From Candidatus Sericytochromatia bacterium (GTDB lineage Bacteria > Cyanobacteriota > Sericytochromatia > S15B-MN24 > VGJW01), in assembly GCA_035285865.1 (NCBI GenBank), contig JAYKHS010000026.1, forward strand, positions 64,001 to 128,000: DNA of 64,000 nt, read 5' to 3'. The translations under genes and the position numbers were made by a program. Positions 57,516-64,000 of the stretch are shown here, in pieces (the stretch's first letter is position 1; each line of letters opens with the position of its first letter). The notes under the pieces are model-generated. The model did no database searches and was not told where the DNA came from. It saw only the letters and a list, made by a program, of their open reading frames with translations.

Positions 57516-57925
57516 TGCGTGGTGCCGGCCGTCCGGTTGCACGGGCGCGGTCGTGGATCCGGCTGCTGGTGCTCTGGATGGTCGTGCTCTGCTTCGGAGC
57601 GGCCTCGACGTTATTGGAGGACGAGCGCGTGGGCGGTCAGGAGGCGCACCACCTTCTCCTGGAGGACGTGTTGGCCTGCGATGCCGTGTCGCTGGGCCGC
57701 GGTCTCGCCGGCATCCCGGAGTTCCGTGCGCGCGTGCCTGCGTTACGGGGCGAGTCCGGCCAGTTCGCTTCACGTCGGATGGTTGACCGTAGTCGGACGA
57801 CCTCCGGAGGCGTACGGGAGGGCTGTGCGATGGCCCCGCCAACATCACGCGGGCCACCGTCTACGGGGCGGGGCGGACCTTTCCTGATTCGCTGGCGCGA
57901 TCGTTGGGGGTGGGTCGGACCGTAA
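57515..57925 (+). CDS. Putative leader/exported peptide with RGPP motif
   Basis: Hydrophobic N-terminal segment; RGPP at 57848-57859; ATG overlaps flhA stop. Confidence 0.35.
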   Translation: MRGAGRPVARARSWIRLLVLWMVVLCFGAASTLLEDERVGGQEAHHLLLEDVLACDAVSLGRGLAGIPEFRARVPALRGESGQFASRRMVDRSRTTSGGVREGCAMAPPTSRGPPSTGRGGPFLIRWRDRWGWVGP

Positions 57926-58054
57926 GGCCCAGGTCGACCCTGCGAGGTCGTCCACGACCCCACGAATGCTGGAGTTCCGACCTAGTCCGTTTCATCACCG
58001 CCAGCAGCAGCTGTTGCCGCCGATGCCGGTCTCGGCCCGCGGCTCGCCTATTGC

Positions 58055-59333
58055 ATGAATCCTGTCGACCGCCGGTATGAGGATCTCCGGACGGGTCATC
58101 TCGGCCTCAATATCCTCCGCGACTTGATGGCCGGTCTGATCGTGGCCATGGTGGCCATTTCGCTGGCCATGGGCTTTGCGATGGCCAGCGGATTGGCCCG
58201 AGCAGGGCATCGTGGGCGGGGCCGTGGCCGGCGCCATAGGCGCTCTGTTCGGGGGCTCCAAGTACCAGGTCTACGGACCGACGGCGGCCTTCATCCCGAT
58301 CATCGCGGGCATCATGGCCAAGCACGGCTATTCGATGCTGGTGCTGGCGTCGATTCTTGCAGGCTTGGTCCTGATGGTCATGGGGGTCGCTCGCCTCGGG
58401 CGCGTGGTGGCGCGCGTGTCCCACTCCATTGTGGTGGGATTCACCGTGGGCATCGCCCTGTCTAAGGTCGGTGAGGTCCTGGGCCTGCACGCCAAGTTTG
58501 GCTATGCCATGGCAGACAAGAACCGCGGCATCGTCGCACACGGTCACGAGACCAACGTCTATGCCGTCATCATCGCGCTGCTGACCTTCGCGATCAGCTA
58601 GACGCTCATCAAGGTTTCCGTCCTCATTCCGGCGCCGCTGATTGCCGTCGGTGCCGGTACGATGCTCGCGCAGGGACTGTAGGCCGACAAGGGGCTCGTG
58701 ACGGTTCGCGAGAAGTACGGTTCCATTCCGACGGACTTCTGGATCTTCACGCCTCCGCAGGGCATCGACCCGACCCCGGCGGTACTGGGCGACCTGGCCT
58801 TCTATACCTTGGCCATCATCTTCGTGGCGGCCATCGAGGGCCTGCTCTGCAGCCGCATGGCCGATCGCCTGGCGGGCAACAAGGGCATGCCCTACAACCC
58901 GGACAAGGAGCTCTGGGGGCAGGGTCTGATGCAGGTCGTGGTGCCGCTGCTGAACGGCTTCCCCCATACGGGTGCGCTCGCCCGGACGGCCACCAACATC
59001 AGGTTGGGTGCCTTGTCTCCGCTTGCAGGCCTTTTCAAGTGCGTGCTGAAGCTGCTGCTTGCGGCCTTCCTCGCCTCGTGGCTGGAGCGGGTGCCCATGG
59101 CCTGCATCGGCGGCAGCCTGCTTTATGTGGCCTCGGGCATGGTCAAGGCCGATGAGGTGCGCGAACTGGTCCGTGACGGCAGGGCGCACATGGCACTGGC
59201 CGCCTGGACTGCCGTGATGGTCGTCGCCACAGACTTCCTGAGGGACGTTCTGTCGGCGCTTCTCATCTTCATCCTGTTCCGGAGATTTTTCGAGACTGGG
59301 TTTCAGGCGGCTCCGCCGGCCAGCGCTTCCTGA
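58055..59333 (+). pseudogene. SulP family anion transporter pseudogene
   Basis: RDLMAGLIVA, GGSKYQVYGPT, GFTVG, DKELWGQG, ARTATN; frameshift near 58200; in-frame TAG at 58599 and 58680; no STAS domain. Confidence 0.85.
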
Positions 59334-59391
59334 CCACCGAACCGCCGTCCCCGGTGCGCAAGCACGCATCGGGGACGGCTCGAGTGTCGCG

Positions 59392-61032
59392 CTATCCGGC
59401 CTGGGCGTCCAGGATCTGCTGCATCTTCAGCCCGATGTGCAGCATGAGCCGGGTCTCGGCCGTATCGAGGTCCACCTGCGTGATGTCCCGGATGCGCTCC
59501 AGTCGATACTTGAGGGTGTTGCGGTGGATGAACAGGCGTTCGCTGGTCTCCGTCAGATTGCCGTTGCAGTCGAGGAAGGCCCCGAGCGTCTTCACCAGCT
59601 CCTTGTCGGCCTGCTGGTCATAGGCCATCAGGCGGCTCAGGGCATCGCACAGGAAGGCACCCGGGCTGCGGTCTGCCGCAAACTGATAGAGCATCCGGTA
59701 GACGCCCATGTCGTCGAAGCAGTGGACTTGTCCCGGTCCGTGCAGGGTCCTTCCGATGCGCAGGGCCTGGACGGCCTCCTGATGCTGGCGACCCAGTGCC
59801 AGCAGGTCTCCGGGGGCCAGGCCGACCCCCACGGAGACCGTGTCACCTTGGGCGCCCAGCCTGTCGCGAATGGTCAGGGCTAATCGGCGCATCTGGTCGA
59901 TGCCAGGGGGGTCGGCGGTTACGGGGACGAGGATGCTCGCGCCGAAGGTCTGAGGCACGATGATGCACTGTCGGAAGGACAGGATGGCGGAGAGTGTCGT
60001 CTGCAGCTTCTGGCGCAGGGCCTCGGCCTGGGGCAGGGGCATGCTGCGGTCGAAGGCTACGGCCATGGGCCAGTACCGCTGCGCGAGGGCCATGCCGAGC
60101 CAGTGTGCCCGACGCTGGACTTCGCTGCGCGAGAAGGCTCCCGGACGCTGCAGCAGGTCCTGGAAGAAGTGGCCCCTGGGGTCCGATTCTTCGGGCAGGC
60201 TTGCCGCCACGATGGCCAGTGCGGCCCGCCCGCCCTCGACTCGGGCCAGGTGGATCTCGTCGCGACGCGGTGGCTGGCCGAGGATCATCAGGGTCGCCAC
60301 CAGGCGCTCCCCCTTCATGATGGGCCAGAGCGTCCGAATACCCTCCGTAGCCTGGACCTCGATGGGGTGCTGACCCTCCCGGAAGGCCGGCCAAGCCGGA
60401 TGACGCTGGATGGCCGTGATCAGGCCATCGTCGCTGCCGTCCTCGTCCTCGGGAAGTCCGAGGGATGTCGTGTCACCGGCCTGGGCCAGCCTGTTGAAGC
60501 GGGCATCCTCGAGCAGCAGGGGACGACCGAGGTCCGCAGCCAGAGCCTCCAGGATGTGCTGGGGCGAAGCTCCGCCGATGGCCTGTCGCACGAGCTCCTG
60601 TTGGCGGGACAGGCATTGCGCGAGCAACCACGGTCGGCTCATGGCCTGCTGGCGCTGGAGGTGCCGGGCCACGGCCGCGGATGCCTCTTCGATGCGCAGC
60701 AGAGGTAGTCCGTGGTCTCGGGCGCGCGCCACGAGGGCATCCGGGACGCATCCCGTGCCGCAGGCCAGCAGCCCGGCTGCACGACCCGAGGCGAGACCGT
60801 CGATCCACGAGGTCGTGGTCCCGTTCAGGAACGGGACTCCGGCGAGGACCAGCTCACCACCCTGGAGCCACGATTCAGGATGCTCCGTTTCAAGGACGAG
60901 GACTTGGGCGATCTCGGACGGAGGGGGTGCCTGCCCGCAGAGAATCTCGGCCTGGGCAAGCGGATCCTGAGGGCCAAGGGGACGTTGGGCACCGGTGACA
61001 GCCGGGTTCGGGGACAGGAAACTGATCTTCAT
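59392..61032 (-). CDS. PucR/CdaR family transcriptional regulator
   Basis: WLQGGELVL N-domain; ELVKTL..FLDCNGN...LFIHRNTLKYRL HTH. Confidence 0.9.
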   Translation of the reverse strand: MKISFLSPNPAVTGAQRPLGPQDPLAQAEILCGQAPPPSEIAQVLVLETEHPESWLQGGELVLAGVPFLNGTTTSWIDGLASGRAAGLLACGTGCVPDALVARARDHGLPLLRIEEASAAVARHLQRQQAMSRPWLLAQCLSRQQELVRQAIGGASPQHILEALAADLGRPLLLEDARFNRLAQAGDTTSLGLPEDEDGSDDGLITAIQRHPAWPAFREGQHPIEVQATEGIRTLWPIMKGERLVATLMILGQPPRRDEIHLARVEGGRAALAIVAASLPEESDPRGHFFQDLLQRPGAFSRSEVQRRAHWLGMALAQRYWPMAVAFDRSMPLPQAEALRQKLQTTLSAILSFRQCIIVPQTFGASILVPVTADPPGIDQMRRLALTIRDRLGAQGDTVSVGVGLAPGDLLALGRQHQEAVQALRIGRTLHGPGQVHCFDDMGVYRMLYQFAADRSPGAFLCDALSRLMAYDQQADKELVKTLGAFLDCNGNLTETSERLFIHRNTLKYRLERIRDITQVDLDTAETRLMLHIGLKMQQILDAQAG

Positions 61033-61051
61033 GGACGACCTCCAAGGGGGT

Positions 61052-61070
61052 TTGTAACATTTATTTACAA
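61052..61070. promoter_or_regulatory. Palindromic operator TTGTAA-N7-TTACAA
   Basis: Perfect AT-rich inverted repeat 20 nt upstream of the PucR-family start. Confidence 0.55.
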
Positions 61071-61182
61071 TGGAGATCAAGCACGGCGGACGTGATCGTC
61101 ATGTGGCCTGAAAACCTTGTGTTTGCTTGTTCTGGTCGTCTGTTGGCCCTCATCTCACGGCCTCATGTGTTGTCTGTACCGG

Positions 61183-61228
61183 CTTGAGTGTTGTGCGGTT
61201 ACTTGACAATGATTGACTAAGGTTGATG
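61183..61228 (+). promoter_or_regulatory. clpB promoter with heat-shock repressor-like operator
   Basis: TTGACA -35; CTTGACA-ATG-ATTGACT (CtsR-like) overlapping CTTGACA-N7-ACTAAGG and an upstream CTTGAGT (HAIR-like). Confidence 0.5.
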
Positions 61229-61256
61229 ATGGTGGCACGAGGGAGGCAGAACCCTG

Positions 61257-63878
61257 ATGAGATTCGATCGCTGGACGCTCAAGGCTCAGGAAGCCCTGCA
61301 GGAGGCGCAGCATCTTGCGGAACAGGGCCAGCACCCGGAATTGCTGGGTCTGCATCTGCTGTCGGCCCTGCTGGATCAGCCCGAGGGTATTGTCCCGGCC
61401 TTGCTCCCCCGCCTCGAGGTCCCGTTGGCTTCATTGAGGGATGAGGTGCGGCAGGCCCTCGATCGCCTCCCGCGGGCTCAAGGCACACAGGGGCCCGGCC
61501 TCGGCCCCGAGGCCAAGGGCCATCTCGATCGATCGTTCCAGGAAGCGAAGGCGATGAAGGACGAGTACGTCTCGACCGAACATGTGCTGCTTGCGATGGT
61601 GGCCCACGAAGCGCGCGGGAGCGCGACCGAACTGTTGCGGGCGCGACGGATCACGCGCGATCGCCTGATGCAGGTGCTGGGGCAGGTGCGCGGCAGCCAT
61701 CGCGTGACGGATCAGAATCCGGAAGCGCGTTTCCAATCGCTCGAGAAGTATGGCCGGGACCTGACAGTCCAGGCGCGACGGGGTCGCCTCGACCCCGTGA
61801 TCGGTCGGGACGAGGAGATCCGCAGGGTCATCCAGGTGCTCTCTCGCCGAACGAAGAACAACCCAGTGCTCATCGGCGAGCCTGGCGTCGGCAAGACGGC
61901 CATCGCCGAGGGGCTGGCGCAGCGCATCGCCGATGGTGATGTGCCCGAAGGGCTCAAGGACAAGCGGGTCGTGGCTCTGGACCTTGGCGCGCTCATCGCC
62001 GGCACGAAGTACCGCGGCGAGTTTGAGGATCGCCTGAAGGCTGTTCTGAAGGAGGTCTCGGATAGCGAGGGCGGAATCATCCTTTTCATCGACGAGATGC
62101 ACACCTTGGTCGGTGCAGGCAAGGCGGAGGGTGCCGTCGACGCAGGCAACCTGCTCAAGCCGGCCTTGGCACGCGGCGAGCTGCGCTGCGTGGGTGCTAC
62201 CACCCTCGATGAGTACCGCAAGCATGTCGAGAAGGACGCCGCGCTGGAGCGCCGCTTCCAGCCCGTGCAGGTCGGTGAGCCGAGCGTCGGAGACACCATC
62301 TCGATCCTGCGCGGTCTCAAGGAGCGCTACGAGACGCATCACCACGTCAAGATCAGCGACGCGGCGCTGGTAGCGGCGGCCCGTCTCGGGGACCGCTACA
62401 TCACGGATCGCTTCCTGCCCGACAAGGCCATCGATCTGGTCGATGAGGCGTCGAGCCGCCTGCGCATCGCTATCGATTCGATGCCCCCTGCGCTCGATGA
62501 ACTCGAGCGTCGCTTGCGACAACTCGAGATCGAGCGCCAAGGACTGGTCAAGGAGATCGAGGCCGAGACGGCGGGGACATTCGCCCGCGACCGCCTGGGT
62601 GCGGTGGACCGAGAGGCGGCCGAGGTGCGGGCGCGTCGCGACGCCCTGCGCGCCCAGTGGCAGCGCGAGAAGGAGCTCATCGGACGGATCGGGGCGATTC
62701 GCGCGAAGCTGGAACAGGGGCGTACGGCCGAGCAGCGCGCCGAGCGCGAAGGGCAACTCGAACGGGCAGCCGAGATCCGCTATGGCGAGCGTCCCGCCCT
62801 GCAGCGTGACCTCGAATCGGCCACTCGGGATCTCGAGGAGGCCCAGAAGGAACACCGCATGCTCAAGGAGATGGTCACGGACGAGGACATCGCCGAGGTG
62901 GTGAGTGCCTGGACCGGCATTCCCGTGAGCCGGATGCTGGAGTCCGAAGTTCGCAAGCTGCTGGACATGGAGGCGCGCATCTCGGCGCGCGTCATCGGTC
63001 AGGAGGAGGCCGTCCGCCAAGTGGCCGAGGCCGTGCGCCGGGCCCGGTCGGGCATCGGCGATCCCGATCGCCCCATCGGCAGCTTCCTGTTCCTCGGGCC
63101 GACCGGTGTCGGCAAGACCGAGCTTGCGCGCGCCCTGGCACAATTCCTGTTCGACGACGAGCAGCACGTGGTGCGGCTGGACATGTCCGAGTACATGGAG
63201 CGCCACTCGGTCGCGAGGCTGATCGGCGCCCCGCCTGGCTATGTCGGACACGAAGAGGGGGGGCAGCTGACCGAGGCCGTGCGACGGGCTCCTTACTCCG
63301 TCGTGCTCTTCGACGAGGTCGAGAAGGCGCATCCCGAGGTTTACGACCTGCTGTTGCAAATTTTGGACGACGGTCGCCTGACGGACAGCCATGGGCGGAC
63401 GGTCGACTTCCGGAACACCGTGGTGCTGATGACCAGCAACCTGGGCAGTGCACACCTGCAGGAGTCCGGCGGGGCCGTCACCGAGGCCGTCCGCGAGCGG
63501 GTGATGGGCGAGGTGCGCCAGCACTTCCGGCCCGAGTTCCTGAACCGACTGGACGATGTCCTGCTCTTCCGGCCTCTGGGCGTGCTGGAAATCGACCGCA
63601 TCATCGATCTGCAGTTCGCGCGCCTGGCGAGTCGGCTGGTCGACAAGGGGATAAGTGTCGTGATGGACGACAAGGCGAGGGGGCGCCTGACCCGTGTGGG
63701 CTACGATCCGGTGTACGGAGCGAGGCCGCTGAAGCGGGCCATCCAGAACGAGGTGCTCAATCCTCTGGCCCGGATGCTGTTGTCCGGCGAGGTCCGTCCG
63801 GGTCAGAAGGTGCGCCTGTCCTTTGCGGATCAGGCCATGACGTTTCGTGTGGAAGAGGGCGTGACGGCTCAGGCCTGA
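61257..63878 (+). CDS. clpB: ATP-dependent chaperone ClpB
   Basis: [18 protein letters not shown], long M-domain coiled coil, [15 protein letters not shown]. Confidence 0.97.
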   Translation: MRFDRWTLKAQEALQEAQHLAEQGQHPELLGLHLLSALLDQPEGIVPALLPRLEVPLASLRDEVRQALDRLPRAQGTQGPGLGPEAKGHLDRSFQEAKAMKDEYVSTEHVLLAMVAHEARGSATELLRARRITRDRLMQVLGQVRGSHRVTDQNPEARFQSLEKYGRDLTVQARRGRLDPVIGRDEEIRRVIQVLSRRTKNNPVLIGEPGVGKTAIAEGLAQRIADGDVPEGLKDKRVVALDLGALIAGTKYRGEFEDRLKAVLKEVSDSEGGIILFIDEMHTLVGAGKAEGAVDAGNLLKPALARGELRCVGATTLDEYRKHVEKDAALERRFQPVQVGEPSVGDTISILRGLKERYETHHHVKISDAALVAAARLGDRYITDRFLPDKAIDLVDEASSRLRIAIDSMPPALDELERRLRQLEIERQGLVKEIEAETAGTFARDRLGAVDREAAEVRARRDALRAQWQREKELIGRIGAIRAKLEQGRTAEQRAEREGQLERAAEIRYGERPALQRDLESATRDLEEAQKEHRMLKEMVTDEDIAEVVSAWTGIPVSRMLESEVRKLLDMEARISARVIGQEEAVRQVAEAVRRARSGIGDPDRPIGSFLFLGPTGVGKTELARALAQFLFDDEQHVVRLDMSEYMERHSVARLIGAPPGYVGHEEGGQLTEAVRRAPYSVVLFDEVEKAHPEVYDLLLQILDDGRLTDSHGRTVDFRNTVVLMTSNLGSAHLQESGGAVTEAVRERVMGEVRQHFRPEFLNRLDDVLLFRPLGVLEIDRIIDLQFARLASRLVDKGISVVMDDKARGRLTRVGYDPVYGARPLKRAIQNEVLNPLARMLLSGEVRPGQKVRLSFADQAMTFRVEEGVTAQA

Positions 63879-64000
63879 GGCAGGATGCCCGCCAAGGCTT
63901 CTAGGCCAAGACGGTAGCTTGCGAATCCGAGTCCGGAAATCACGCCCCGACAAGCCGAGGCCGTCAGCAGGACCTGGCGGCCCGGCTCCCGGGCGTGGAC

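Noticed and set aside
58599..58682. Two in-frame TAG codons suggesting amber recoding or pyrrolysine
   Set aside because: The same gene also has a frameshift, and TAG is a normal stop for flgF, flgH, flgC and fliF
61054..61068. NtcA-like site
   Set aside because: Spacing is GTA-N9-TAC, not N8
55392..63953. Very long antisense ORFs (55392-57857, 61431-63953; also 33963-36014, 12389-14296, 1602-3020, 27075-28388)
   Set aside because: Shadow ORFs opposite well-conserved genes, expected from high-GC codon bias; no motifs of their own
63879..64000. Possible gene end at the right edge of the window
   Set aside because: Too little sequence to support a call

Overview
High-GC bacterial chromosomal segment with no rRNA, tRNA, CRISPR array or mobile element that I can see. 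Several features suggest a diderm Terrabacteria-type, non-photosynthetic cyanobacterial relative such as Sericytochromatia: an SLH+barrel protein, a DUF2993-like protein and SigF/SigB-like promoters. That assignment is inference only. The window encodes three surface machines. (1) A Tad/Flp pilus core with a CpaE-CpaF fusion (1-5 kb), plus two Flp pilins about 20 kb away that share an operon with a PilT-family ATPase. (2) A type IVa pilus locus, pilA-ABC(pilHI/G-like)-pilD-pilMNOPQ (37-45 kb). (3) Divergent from pilA, a compact flagellar rod/ring cluster: fliK-like, orf, flgFGAHIJ, an atypical fliA, flgBC, fliE, fliF, flhA. It has no hook, filament, motor, C-ring, ATPase or FliPQR/FlhB genes, and its FliF carries a C-terminal FliG-middle-domain-like fusion. 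Other genes include housekeeping and regulatory functions (serS, def, clpB, DinG, two Crp, HD-GYP, PucR, GH38, FabK-like), a sulP pseudogene preceded by an RGPP-type leader ORF, and several unexplained secreted or putatively exported proteins. All calls come from reading motifs by eye, without database searches.
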